In this document: piece after piece, positions 27,964 through 38,081 of the stretch | How positions within the stretch are numbered: position 1 is the stretch's first letter | Layout: every line of letters starts with the position of its first letter | The notes under the pieces: model-generated | Told to the model about the DNA's origin: nothing | Database searches by the model: none | What the model saw: only the letters and a program-made list of their open reading frames with translations | DNA from: Candidatus Hydrogenedens sp. | GTDB lineage: Bacteria > Hydrogenedentota > Hydrogenedentia > Hydrogenedentales > Hydrogenedentaceae | Reading direction: 5' to 3' | Length of the DNA stretch: 64,000 bases | Assembly (NCBI GenBank): GCA_049968235.1 | Contig: JBMFRC010000001.1 | Coordinates: forward strand, 357,443 to 421,442 | Program-made: the position numbers and the translations under genes

Positions 27964-28701
27964 TTAGGTATTCCACTGAAACTGTTCTCCTAAATATACT
28001 TTTCGAACGCGCTCATCAGCAGATACCTCTTCAGGGGTTCCGGTGCATATAACTTGCCCTTCGCTAATGATATAGGCACGGTCTGTTATCGATAAGGTAT
28101 CCCGCACATTATGGTCGGTAATCAAAATACCGATACCTCGCTCTTTCAATTCCTTCACCATAATTTGTAATTCGCTAATAGCAATTGGGTCTATTCCCGC
28201 AAAGGGCTCGTCTAAAAGAAATATTTTAGGCTCTGTAATTAATGCGCGAGCAATTTCTGTTTTTCTACGCTCTCCACCTGAAAGGGTATAGGCATATTGG
28301 TTTGATAAATGTTCTATATTCATCTCTTTCAGAAGTTGGTGAGCTTTCTCTTTATGTTCTGCACGACTACCGGGTAAAAATTCCAATATTGCTAATAGAT
28401 TTTGTTCCACAGTTAAATTACGGAATACAGATGGTTCTTGAGCCAGATATGCAATCCCTGCACGGGCTCTACGATACATCGGGAAACGGGTAATATCCTG
28501 CCCCATAAAAAATACCTTTCCATCATCCGGCTTAAATAGCCCCACTACCATGTTAAATGTTGTTGTTTTTCCAGCACCATTGGGTCCCAATAATCCTACT
28601 ATCTCACCTTTATTTAAACATAGTGAAACATTGCGGACAACTACGCGTTTCCGAAATGATTTGACTAACCCTTGAGTTTCCAATAACTTTTCAGAAGACA
28701 T
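27964..28701 (-). CDS. lptB: LPS export ABC transporter ATP-binding protein LptB
   Basis: Walker [10 protein letters not shown], signature [15 protein letters not shown], Walker [17 protein letters not shown] at 28701 with a GGGAGAGG RBS. Confidence 0.85.
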   Translation of the reverse strand: MSSEKLLETQGLVKSFRKRVVVRNVSLCLNKGEIVGLLGPNGAGKTTTFNMVVGLFKPDDGKVFFMGQDITRFPMYRRARAGIAYLAQEPSVFRNLTVEQNLLAILEFLPGSRAEHKEKAHQLLKEMNIEHLSNQYAYTLSGGERRKTEIARALITEPKIFLLDEPFAGIDPIAISELQIMVKELKERGIGILITDHNVRDTLSITDRAYIISEGQVICTGTPEEVSADERVRKVYLGEQFQWNT

Positions 28702-28712
28702 ATACCTCTCCC

Positions 28713-29618
28713 TCATAGAGGTTTTAGCACATCAGGGAAGGCACATTGAAGCAGTAACCGGTTTAGTCGCACCTGTTCTTCTGCTGTTAATGTTCCCTTA
28801 TTTAAGAACTCTTTTGCCGTTTCCGGTAAAGTTGTCTTTGCCCATGCTTCCTTATTATAGAAATCCGGTTTCCGTAATAATCTATTTATCTGTTTGACCA
28901 AATCCTGTTTTCTCTTTAGAATCAAATCATTAGGAGTGGACAAAAATTGACTTCTCGCATCCCCATCAAATTTACTTAACAAGTATTTGCCGGGAGTCAT
29001 TTCGCTGGATTGCCCCTGTCTTTTTAATTCTGCAATAAAACCATTCCAATCTATAACATCAGTTTCCGTAAGAAGAGACAACCCTGTCTCTATACCACCT
29101 TCAGAACCAACTCCTCCCTGTAGCGGTATCATATCCGCTTGTAGATTTTCGATGTCAATCGTATTGTTCTTAAAATCCAGAACAATTTTGGAACCTTTTA
29201 ATCCCTGTGCTTTGGGACTATCTAACATAGGATTCCCTGTGAATTCTACCATTTCCTTTTTAAAGTCCCAGACTGCTTTCTCTGCTGTTAATTTACCTTC
29301 AGGATGTTCAAGATATACCTTGCCTTCCATACGAATCAGTACCGGTGAATTTCGACCTTCTTCCCATTCAAAAGTCATTCTATCCGCTTTGATAGGCATA
29401 TTAGGGGTATTGGGTTCTTGAGATAGTAAAACGATACTTACACCTCCGCTCATCTCACGTATACTCATTCCTTGATTTAGTGTCCCTTTCAATTTCCCAA
29501 CTTTCTCAATTTTCATGGAGGAATATTTACCTAAACTTATATTCTCCTGAGCATATACTTTTACATATATAGCGATAAACAATAATAAGATGAATAATAC
29601 AGGCATTAGTTTTTTCAT
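28713..29618 (-). CDS. lptA: LptA/OstA-family periplasmic LPS transport protein
   Basis: Signal peptide plus OstA-like beta-jellyroll repeats ([13 protein letters not shown] ... [21 protein letters not shown]). Sits between lptC-like and lptB. Confidence 0.6.
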   Translation of the reverse strand: MKKLMPVLFILLLFIAIYVKVYAQENISLGKYSSMKIEKVGKLKGTLNQGMSIREMSGGVSIVLLSQEPNTPNMPIKADRMTFEWEEGRNSPVLIRMEGKVYLEHPEGKLTAEKAVWDFKKEMVEFTGNPMLDSPKAQGLKGSKIVLDFKNNTIDIENLQADMIPLQGGVGSEGGIETGLSLLTETDVIDWNGFIAELKRQGQSSEMTPGKYLLSKFDGDARSQFLSTPNDLILKRKQDLVKQINRLLRKPDFYNKEAWAKTTLPETAKEFLNKGTLTAEEQVRLNRLLLQCAFPDVLKPL

Positions 29619-30199
29619 GTTGTATTCCTCAATATCAACGGGACCTGTCCGGATACTTCTTCCAGTTCAAACTCTTTAGTGTCAGGATAAATAATTAAAT
29701 TTTCCGCATCCAGATGTAAATCTGTGCCCTGCACTGCAATTTTCCCATGTGTCCAGATGCGGGCAGGTTCTGTTTCTGTTCGATTACTCCATTCAATCCC
29801 ATCCGTATTAAATAAAATATTATCCATTTGAGCCTCTACATTTCCCACAAGAGAGGCTTTATTCATTTTTTCAAAAACTCCTTCTCTTGCAGAAATTTTG
29901 ATATGTTCTTTACCGGATTGAATATCATAAATGACTGCATGTACATCTTCAACTTTCCATGTATTTTCATCAATGACAGCAAACTTTTCCGCATGCAACC
30001 ATAAGGTAGGTTTGCGTGCTTCACCTATGGTAGGACGTGGGTCATGATGATACAAATCCACAGACGAGACATTCATATCATCTATGGATTGCTTTTGAGG
30101 AGGAGTTGTCTCCGCAGTAGGTAGGGTTGTAGAGTTTTTTTTGCCACAAGAAAATAGTAGAAGTGTGCAAATTGTAAATACCGTCATCCATCTCATCAC
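29615..30199 (-). CDS. lptC: LptC-like lipoprotein
   Basis: 194 aa. Lipoprotein signal (LLLFSCG). Position is immediately upstream of lptA-lptB, with 4-nt overlaps. Confidence 0.45.
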   Translation of the reverse strand: MMRWMTVFTICTLLLFSCGKKNSTTLPTAETTPPQKQSIDDMNVSSVDLYHHDPRPTIGEARKPTLWLHAEKFAVIDENTWKVEDVHAVIYDIQSGKEHIKISAREGVFEKMNKASLVGNVEAQMDNILFNTDGIEWSNRTETEPARIWTHGKIAVQGTDLHLDAENLIIYPDTKEFELEEVSGQVPLILRNTT

Positions 30200-30972
30200 G
30201 CAGTGCCTCGGGTATTTTTTTCATAAATAATCTTTAACCCTTTTAATGTCAACAAGGGGTCAACCACATCAATATTTTTTGCCAGTTGGGCAATGGTTTC
30301 AGCAAGTCCACCTGTTGCAAGAACACGGGCATGAGTTCCCATCTCCAGACGTATCCGTTCAATCAATCCATTTACCAAATCCGCATATCCATAGGTAAGA
30401 CCTGAACGGATATTGTTTACTGTATCCCGACCTATAACAGCGGGAGGGACACTAATCTCTACTCGTGGTAACTTAGCACAGTGTTCAAATAAAGCATCTG
30501 CAGATAATTGAATGCCGGGGACAATTACTCCACCTAACCATTCCGATTTGGCAGTTACGACATCAAAGGTTGTAGCTGTGCCGAAATCTACGATAATTAA
30601 GGGTCCTCCATATTCTTCGACCCCTGCTACAGCATTTACAATGCGGTCAGCACCTACCTCTTTCGGGTTATCACATTGGAGAACAATACCTGTGCGTATC
30701 CCCGGCTCAACCATTACAGGTTCAAAACCAAAGGCTCGTTCACATAGATGATATAAAGCGGGATTGATATCCGGAACCACACTGGAAATACAACATCCCC
30801 GAATCTGCGAAGGCTTAATATTTGCAGAATAAAATAACATTGTAATCAACAAATAAAACTCGTCCCCAGTTCGATAATTAGATGTTACGACCCTCCAATG
30901 ATTTATCAACTTGTCCTTATGATAAATACCCAGCACAATATTGGAATTTCCAACATCAATAACCAATAACAT
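30196..30972 (-). CDS. coaX: type III pantothenate kinase
   Basis: MLLVIDVGNSNIVLGIY ... GADRIVNAVA ... LIIVDFGTATTFDVV ... ATGGLA motifs. Confidence 0.85.
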   Translation of the reverse strand: MLLVIDVGNSNIVLGIYHKDKLINHWRVVTSNYRTGDEFYLLITMLFYSANIKPSQIRGCCISSVVPDINPALYHLCERAFGFEPVMVEPGIRTGIVLQCDNPKEVGADRIVNAVAGVEEYGGPLIIVDFGTATTFDVVTAKSEWLGGVIVPGIQLSADALFEHCAKLPRVEISVPPAVIGRDTVNNIRSGLTYGYADLVNGLIERIRLEMGTHARVLATGGLAETIAQLAKNIDVVDPLLTLKGLKIIYEKNTRGTA

Positions 30973-31034
30973 AGTTCTACCTTCCTACCCATCGGGCTTT
31001 AAATAATGGGAAAGTATCTACCTTTTTTATTGTA

Positions 31035-32033
31035 TTATACCCTTTCTATTAATAACGAAATATCTAACGCGGAAACAGAATGGGTTATCGCCCCTACGGA
31101 AATAATATGCACACCGGTTTCAGCCACAGGACGAACCCGCTCTAAATTTATATTTCCACTTGCTTCCAGTAGTACCGGGTATCCTTTGGCTATCTTTACC
31201 GCCATCTTTATATCCTTTAACTCCATGTTATCCAGCAAAATAGCGTCTGCTCCTGCTTTTAACGATTCTTTAACCTGTTCCAGTGTGATTACTTCGACTT
31301 CTATCCGTTCCAGATGAGATATATGTTCACGAACTTTGCGGATTGCAGAGGCTATATCTCCTGATATTTCCAGATGATTCTCTTTAATTAATATACCATC
31401 CGACAGATTAAACCGATGCCGATGTCCACCTCCATGAACCACTGCATCAATCTCCATAGCACGGAGCAGGGGCATGGTCTTCCGTGTATGACAAATTCGC
31501 ACAGGTAAATCTTTAACCCGTGATACAAATTTATGTGTAAGTGTTGCAATCCCTGAAAGATGCTTTAAAAAATTAAGGGATACACGTTCTGTAGTCAATA
31601 CTGCACGCGCATTTCCTTCAAATGATGCAATAATTTGTCCTTTTCGTATATGGGTCCCATCTGTAACTGACTCCCAATTTTCTATCTCCGCCTCATTAAT
31701 TTCATACAACCGTCTGAATATTTCAATTCCACTAATAATTCCATCCGCCTTGGCAATTACATTTACTTTACACCTCTTATCCGGGGGGACAATAGCATTC
31801 GTTGTTTTGTCTCCCAGTCCTATATCTTCCTGAAGTGTAAGATACAAAAGTTCATCTCTATCAATAGGACAAAACATCAGCATATATCCTGTTTCTATAA
31901 GGTTAATATCGGATTTTATTCCACTTAAATGTTCAATCATATCATAAAAAGATACATATAATCGAATTATGTTTATCTCTTCTTCATCAACCTTGATTGA
32001 ACAAAATACATCTATCCCATCGATATTCATCAA
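31035..32033 (-). CDS. nadC: nicotinate-nucleotide diphosphorylase (carboxylating), quinolinate phosphoribosyltransferase
   Basis: LQEDIGLGDKTTNAIV ... HTRKTMPLLRAMEIDAVVHGGGHRHRFNLSDGILIKENH. The start is probably an internal Met (about 31880-31940); the ORF is longer than typical NadC. Confidence 0.8.
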   Translation of the reverse strand: MMNIDGIDVFCSIKVDEEEINIIRLYVSFYDMIEHLSGIKSDINLIETGYMLMFCPIDRDELLYLTLQEDIGLGDKTTNAIVPPDKRCKVNVIAKADGIISGIEIFRRLYEINEAEIENWESVTDGTHIRKGQIIASFEGNARAVLTTERVSLNFLKHLSGIATLTHKFVSRVKDLPVRICHTRKTMPLLRAMEIDAVVHGGGHRHRFNLSDGILIKENHLEISGDIASAIRKVREHISHLERIEVEVITLEQVKESLKAGADAILLDNMELKDIKMAVKIAKGYPVLLEASGNINLERVRPVAETGVHIISVGAITHSVSALDISLLIERV

Positions 32034-32095
32034 AAATAATTGAGTTTTTCGACATATCTATCTATGGATTTTCCTGTATATGAACGGAATATATG

Positions 32096-34321
32096 TTAGA
32101 AACCCGGGTCGGGATTACTTTTTTCTTCGGGTGGCAGAAGTGGTGCGACTTCAGTCTCGGAGGGGGGGACGGGTTCTGTTGTAGTAGATGATGAGGGCTG
32201 GTTACTGTCAATCGGTTCCAGAAGTGTTTCTTCTGGAACGGTCTCTTCTGTCCGTCTGGAAACTGGATAATAAATAGGCGGGGCTGTCCCTTCGATATAT
32301 GCCTCTGTGTAGGAACCACCGAGTGTACCTGTAATACGATTAATTTTGTAGAACTGCACACCGGAAGGAACTGTAAAATCGCGTACAGGCAGGTCTTTTT
32401 CAGCGAACATCATGAAGTCAACCCAAATTGGGCATGCGAGCCTTCCTCCGGTATAATTTACTCCTCTACCTAAACTGCGATTGTCCTTATAACCGACCCA
32501 TACAACAGTGGTAAAATCTGTGGTAAATCCACAAAACCAGGCATCACGGCTGTCATTGGTTGTTCCGGTTTTACCTCCTACAGGCCTTTTCAAGGCACTG
32601 GCACGATGCCCCGTCGGGTAATAGCCCAACGAAGAGTCGGGGGTGCATACTCCCTTCAACATGTGCATGGTAACATACGCAACCTTCGGGTCAACAACCT
32701 GTTCTTTTTGTTGATACAGGCGATAATCATAAAGAAGCAACCCTTCCGCATCGCGAATTTCTTTTATAAACACAGGGTAGAATTTTATTCCATTGTGAGC
32801 AAAGACGGAATAAGCAACAGTATGGCTGAGTGCAGTTACTTCTACTGTGCCAAGACCTAATGTTAAACCTACAGAGTTGCTAACTACGGTGTTCATTTCA
32901 CATCGTTCAAAAAAGGTACGAACGAAAGGCAATCCCAACATATCCACCAGACGAATAGAAACAATATTTATGGATTTTTCGATAGCCTGTCGCAGGGGTA
33001 TCGGACCACGAAAAGAACCATCAAAATTTTGAGGAGCCCAAACGCGTCCATTGGGCATAACACGAACAAATGGGGAATCGTCAATAAGTGTTGATGGCGT
33101 CATTCCTGAGGCTATAGCGGACATCCATATAAAGGGTTTTACACTGGACCCGGGCTGTCGTTTCGCCTGTGTTGCAGTGTTATATTTTTCCTCTTCCCAA
33201 TTTCTTCCACCCACAAGTGTGCGGACAAAGCCTTCATATCCCGGACGATTATCAATGCAAACCAATGCACCGGAAACAGGTATAAAATTCTTTGTTTCAA
33301 GACGCGGTTTATCAAATTTTGTCAAATGCTCTTCTAAAGTAGTTTCTGCTACTTTTTGCAAAGAATAATCGAGTGTTGTATATACACTTAGTCCCCCTTC
33401 AAACACTTCGCTTACAGAATATTTGGAAAGCAAGATTTTTCGGACCTCTTCGACAAAATATGGCGCTTTTATACGATAAGGTTCGTAAATATCAATTCCT
33501 TCCTTTTTCAGTTGCTCTCTTTTTTCAGGTGTCATTACCCGTGAGGATAAATCTTCTGATAAAGCCTTCTGATATTCCTCCTCAGTAATAAATCCCTCTT
33601 CACGCATTTGCTCCAATACAATGTTTCTGCGTTCAATTGCATTCTTTAAATGGTTAATGGGTTCATTAACATTAGGAGCCCGAGTTAATCCGGCAAGAGT
33701 TGCTCCTTCACTCAGCGTTAAATTCTGCACACTTTTCCCAAAATATTGCCTTGAAGCAGACTCCACACCATAAGCATTAATCCCTAAAAAAACCTGATTC
33801 AGGTAAAGTTCTAATATTTCATCCTTTGTAAATTCCCGTTCCACCTGTAAAGCGACAATAGCCTCTCGTATCTTCCTTTTTATAGACCGTTCTTGTCCAA
33901 TACCTAATGTTTCTACATTCCGAACAACTTGCTGTGTAATGGTGCTACCTCCACGAAAACGTCCTGTACGTAATCCATATAAAAAAGCGTTTATAATGGC
34001 ATCCGGTCGGACACCTTTATGCGAATAGAATAAAGCATCTTCTGTAGCAATAAATGCTTTTTGCACATGAAGGGGTATCTGACTGAGAGGAACTAATTGT
34101 CTGTCTTCAATCGTAAATGTATACAGGAGTTCCCCTGTATCTGCATATATCTTCGTCCCCGTTTTCGGACGGAAAGTCTCTAAAGAAGAAATGACATTTT
34201 GAGCATCCTCCAATATCCACACAAATACCCCGAGAGCAGAGCCCCATAAGGCTCCGACTACCAGCATGAAACTAAAAAATAGCCATGCACAACCGCGTCG
34301 GGGTGTAACTGTATACTCCAT
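32096..34321 (-). CDS. mrcA: class A penicillin-binding protein (bifunctional transglycosylase/transpeptidase, PBP1A type)
   Basis: N-terminal TM. GT51 motifs (EDALFYSHKGV, GGSTITQQVVRN). Transpeptidase motifs SSVKPF, SNS-like, KTGTT. Pro/Ser-rich C-terminal tail. Confidence 0.9.
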   Translation of the reverse strand: MEYTVTPRRGCAWLFFSFMLVVGALWGSALGVFVWILEDAQNVISSLETFRPKTGTKIYADTGELLYTFTIEDRQLVPLSQIPLHVQKAFIATEDALFYSHKGVRPDAIINAFLYGLRTGRFRGGSTITQQVVRNVETLGIGQERSIKRKIREAIVALQVEREFTKDEILELYLNQVFLGINAYGVESASRQYFGKSVQNLTLSEGATLAGLTRAPNVNEPINHLKNAIERRNIVLEQMREEGFITEEEYQKALSEDLSSRVMTPEKREQLKKEGIDIYEPYRIKAPYFVEEVRKILLSKYSVSEVFEGGLSVYTTLDYSLQKVAETTLEEHLTKFDKPRLETKNFIPVSGALVCIDNRPGYEGFVRTLVGGRNWEEEKYNTATQAKRQPGSSVKPFIWMSAIASGMTPSTLIDDSPFVRVMPNGRVWAPQNFDGSFRGPIPLRQAIEKSINIVSIRLVDMLGLPFVRTFFERCEMNTVVSNSVGLTLGLGTVEVTALSHTVAYSVFAHNGIKFYPVFIKEIRDAEGLLLYDYRLYQQKEQVVDPKVAYVTMHMLKGVCTPDSSLGYYPTGHRASALKRPVGGKTGTTNDSRDAWFCGFTTDFTTVVWVGYKDNRSLGRGVNYTGGRLACPIWVDFMMFAEKDLPVRDFTVPSGVQFYKINRITGTLGGSYTEAYIEGTAPPIYYPVSRRTEETVPEETLLEPIDSNQPSSSTTTEPVPPSETEVAPLLPPEEKSNPDPGF

Positions 34322-34330
34322 CCTATAATC

Positions 34331-34726
34331 CTACAAAGTTATCTTTTCCGTTACAAATAACTGGCTAATTATAAATGAAACGCATATTACTAAAATAACG
34401 CCTATCAGGGAACCCACTAAATTTGCAAGAGAATCCCGTAAATCGAAAGAACGTGTCGGTACAAAAATCTGGCATATTTCCATGAAAAAGCCATAAACAA
34501 AAGATATACCGACAGAGGTAAAAATAAGGGTCTTGTTTGAATATCTATGCTCGCTTCGCATCATTCCCACAGATATAAGGATTGATAAAATCCCATATAG
34601 TATCACATGCAACACTTTATCTTGATAAGGAAACCAATCCGGTGTTGTTTGTGTTATCGGTTGGATGGATAACCAGAAAACAAACATAGCATATAGGATT
34701 GTTATAAATAAATACTTTTTTTTCAC
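34331..34726 (-). CDS. VanZ-like family membrane protein
   Basis: 131 aa, 4 TM. Conserved DKxxH (QDKVLHVILYG) and EICQ...R..D..D...N..G motif. Confidence 0.55.
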   Translation of the reverse strand: MKKKYLFITILYAMFVFWLSIQPITQTTPDWFPYQDKVLHVILYGILSILISVGMMRSEHRYSNKTLIFTSVGISFVYGFFMEICQIFVPTRSFDLRDSLANLVGSLIGVILVICVSFIISQLFVTEKITL

Positions 34727-34728
34727 AT

Positions 34729-36318
34729 TTAGTTCCCTTTTGTTTCAATAGAAATGTGCCCTTCTACAGACATATCGGGATTATTGGGGGAAGGGGAATG
34801 AAATCCGGAGGAAAAATTACTTCCTTGCTGAATGGAAGCATTTTGCATGTCTACAGGTATAGAATCATATCCTGCTGTCTTTCCTTTTATTACAAAAGAA
34901 GGGGGTAATCTTTCTGGTAAAATTGTTATTACAGCCGGATAGCCTCCATCAATTGGTGCACGAACAACAGGTGCTTCACGAACTGTTAAATATCCCGTCT
35001 CATCCATAAAAAAAGTAAGCGTGGTATCTCTGCCCTCAGAAAGCAAATCTGCAAGAAGGAGATATACATCGGGTACGAAATATTGTCGAATTTTCAGTAA
35101 ATCCCCTGCTATTTGAATTACTTTTTCTGTGTTGAGGACCCAGAGATATGCAGATAAAGGCAATAGTTCATTCGGATTATTAAAATAAACTTCCGGAGGA
35201 ATCATAGGTCGGGTATAGTTATAACTTCGGGTTTTAGCACTCATAAGCAGGGTATTTCGTCGGAATAACAATTCGGGACGAAGGCGAAACTGAACATATT
35301 GTATGGCTCGTATTACCTGCATTACTGCCTGCATGGAAAATTCAGGTGCTATTTGTGTCCCATATTTCACGGGAAACTCCATCGGATTACTCCTAACTTC
35401 CATCGGTAAAAATGGCAAGTCTGTAACAATTCCATATTGTAATGGAACAAATAATTGAGTAGCAGAGATACCCACCCTCTCCGGAATAATAATCATTCTT
35501 ATATTATGTAATTTAGGTGGAAAACAGGAGAAGATGCTTCGCAAACTATGATAATGAGACTCCGACAAAACCCCACCATCAAAGACTAAGATATAAAATT
35601 CATTGAAGAAACTTTTCATAGGTTCGGGTAGTTGCACATCATTGATAAACTTATTTGACGGTAGATAGGTTGATAGAACCATGCATAGGTATATAAGGGA
35701 TTCATATATATGTGCTAAAACATGGGGAGAGGGCATCTCTCCTGTGGACAAAAATTGCTGAACGGAAACATTCCATATTTGTTCCAGATGAACCGGTGTC
35801 TTTTTTAATTCTGAATCTATCATTTCTGTTAATTGAATAATCTGTGCATCTTTTAAGTTATCTATTCCCTTTAATAAAAATTGAGAAGATAAGGAAATTG
35901 ATGGGAGGTCTGGAACTTGCTTTTGAACTTCTCTAAGCAGAGCTTGGGTAGCAAATACCGACGCATACATCAGTAAATCACCCTGAAATTCAGGTGTCTG
36001 GCGAATCATTGCATCCCATACCTGCAAATGAGCAAGTGAAAATGTATGTGCTTCAAAATATGCGGAAATTTGTTTTCTCCACATTTCTAATGTAAATTCT
36101 TTTGCAATTAATTTTTCCTTCAATGTTTGCCAGAATACTTCCCACTCGGCAGTATTCGGTTCAGGCGGTGAAAAAGTCTCTGATGTAGATATGTTTGATT
36201 GTGACAAAGGCAATGAGTTTCCAGAATTATCATCAGTAAACACTTGCTCTGCAAACAAGAACAATATACAAAAAGAAATTAAAAAACTATCGAGGTAGAA
36301 AATTTTTTTTCTTAACAT
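34729..36318 (-). CDS. hypothetical secreted protein
   Basis: 529 aa with an N-terminal signal/TM. No recognisable motif. Confidence 0.5.
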   Translation of the reverse strand: MLRKKIFYLDSFLISFCILFLFAEQVFTDDNSGNSLPLSQSNISTSETFSPPEPNTAEWEVFWQTLKEKLIAKEFTLEMWRKQISAYFEAHTFSLAHLQVWDAMIRQTPEFQGDLLMYASVFATQALLREVQKQVPDLPSISLSSQFLLKGIDNLKDAQIIQLTEMIDSELKKTPVHLEQIWNVSVQQFLSTGEMPSPHVLAHIYESLIYLCMVLSTYLPSNKFINDVQLPEPMKSFFNEFYILVFDGGVLSESHYHSLRSIFSCFPPKLHNIRMIIIPERVGISATQLFVPLQYGIVTDLPFLPMEVRSNPMEFPVKYGTQIAPEFSMQAVMQVIRAIQYVQFRLRPELLFRRNTLLMSAKTRSYNYTRPMIPPEVYFNNPNELLPLSAYLWVLNTEKVIQIAGDLLKIRQYFVPDVYLLLADLLSEGRDTTLTFFMDETGYLTVREAPVVRAPIDGGYPAVITILPERLPPSFVIKGKTAGYDSIPVDMQNASIQQGSNFSSGFHSPSPNNPDMSVEGHISIETKGN

Positions 36319-36356
36319 ATCACATCATCTAAACATTCACTTTTTGGTTTATAACA

Positions 36357-38081
36357 TTATTGAGATTCAGGGACAGCAAATAATTTTGTGCTACCTTTAT
36401 TAAAAATTAGTGGAAATTTATCAGGCAATTGAATACTCTTATGAAAAGTTTCCTGCTCATACGGTCCATCTATAATATATCTCACTTTATATTTTTTTAA
36501 TATTTCTTCCATAGTATATGAATCTCCACAGGTATAAAAACGGAATACATCCTCCGTTTTTTGGACATAATCTTTCGTAAGCATGAAATGCCCTGTAACT
36601 GTCCGGCAGGGAGTAAATGCAAAAATAAACTGGGATGTTTTAGGTGATGCTATAACCACATCATTCTCTTTTCCATTCCTTTTTAAATACTCCAATGCGG
36701 AATTTTCATCTATGGATAAGAAATAAGCCCATTGGGGATGCCCATATTTCAAATCGTAAAACATGGAGTAATATACAAAAACAGTGGTAGGGACGGACAA
36801 CAGAATTATCAGGATAGTAAGTAAGAACTGTCGTGCAAATAGAAAAGAAAAAATACGAATTACCTTATTTTCAGTGATGGTATGTTGTGTAATGTAATTA
36901 TTTATCCATTCGTAGGGACCTATCATAGTTAATATAGGTGGAACAAGGATGAAGGCATATAATCCCGATTCCTGACCTGCTTTCCAATAGGGATAAAGAT
37001 TACAAATCCCCCATGCTACCATTATCCAAACAAAGATTATTAAAAAACGAACCTGTTCCTGACACTTTTTTACAAGATATACAAAAAATATCATGCAAAC
37101 CAACCATGTCCAGCCGATACCCAAAACATATTCAATTAAAAACCCGGGCTTGCCCATAAATTGATAATTTGCAGACCAACCTGACATACCTAACGCATCA
37201 GAAAGGGATATCCAGAGATAATACAGAATCGCAGGAGCATGGATTCCAGCAGGGATAGCACATAAATAGAACCATTTCCTCTCAAACTTCCTTTGTATAG
37301 AACAAAATAAAATCGGGATTAGTGTAAACATAATATAGGATTCAGGTATCAGGTAAGGACGCATCAATGAGTGGAGTAAAGCCATTATGCCACACAGAAC
37401 GAAATATATCGTTTTTCCTGTCTGAAAACCGCGTATAAGGAATGCGTACATCAGAACAGATAGTGTTATGGAACGAATAAAATGAGGCTTACAAACAAGA
37501 TAACTAAATATCTGAATCCCTTCCATATCCCATGAAAGAGGTAAGGATAAATGAAGGTATTGGTTCAACAATTCCACGAACCAACCAAAGCCTGAACCCA
37601 AAGTAATGAGAAGTAATACAAATCTTCTCTGATAAATGCTCTCGAAAAATATAGCGAGAAAATAATATAAAGAAAATAGAAATAAAAATACAGATAGGCA
37701 TCTATCGATATGAAAAAAGTTAATCACAGAGATATGGAGAAGCCGTGCGGTCCTTCCTAATAACCACCATTCTACATTGAAATACGAATCTGGGGGAGAA
37801 TATGGCGTGCATTGATTGGTAAACCACCATTTCCCTTCCCACGCCTGACGCTGGAACATGATATATCCCAACGAACCCGCAGTGCCTCTGCCCACTATGC
37901 CCATGAAAACACCTTTCTCTCCTTCAAGGTATTTCCCATATAAATATGGGAAGGTGCCTATAATGCAAACAACAATACCGAATAGGAGGGGGAACCAAAA
38001 CTCTCGTCTTGCAATTGGAGGACAGTAAGTAAAATTTTTTATTGGTTGAGTGGTATCCGTAAAAGAGTCCCCCTTTCCCAT
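36357..38081 (-). CDS. large polytopic membrane protein, possible GT-C-type glycosyltransferase (ArnT/PMT-like)
   Basis: 574 aa, more than 10 TM, C-terminal soluble domain. The stop overlaps the start of the upstream sulfatase-family gene (ATGA at 38081). Confidence 0.4.
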   Translation of the reverse strand: MGKGDSFTDTTQPIKNFTYCPPIARREFWFPLLFGIVVCIIGTFPYLYGKYLEGEKGVFMGIVGRGTAGSLGYIMFQRQAWEGKWWFTNQCTPYSPPDSYFNVEWWLLGRTARLLHISVINFFHIDRCLSVFLFLFSLYYFLAIFFESIYQRRFVLLLITLGSGFGWFVELLNQYLHLSLPLSWDMEGIQIFSYLVCKPHFIRSITLSVLMYAFLIRGFQTGKTIYFVLCGIMALLHSLMRPYLIPESYIMFTLIPILFCSIQRKFERKWFYLCAIPAGIHAPAILYYLWISLSDALGMSGWSANYQFMGKPGFLIEYVLGIGWTWLVCMIFFVYLVKKCQEQVRFLIIFVWIMVAWGICNLYPYWKAGQESGLYAFILVPPILTMIGPYEWINNYITQHTITENKVIRIFSFLFARQFLLTILIILLSVPTTVFVYYSMFYDLKYGHPQWAYFLSIDENSALEYLKRNGKENDVVIASPKTSQFIFAFTPCRTVTGHFMLTKDYVQKTEDVFRFYTCGDSYTMEEILKKYKVRYIIDGPYEQETFHKSIQLPDKFPLIFNKGSTKLFAVPESQ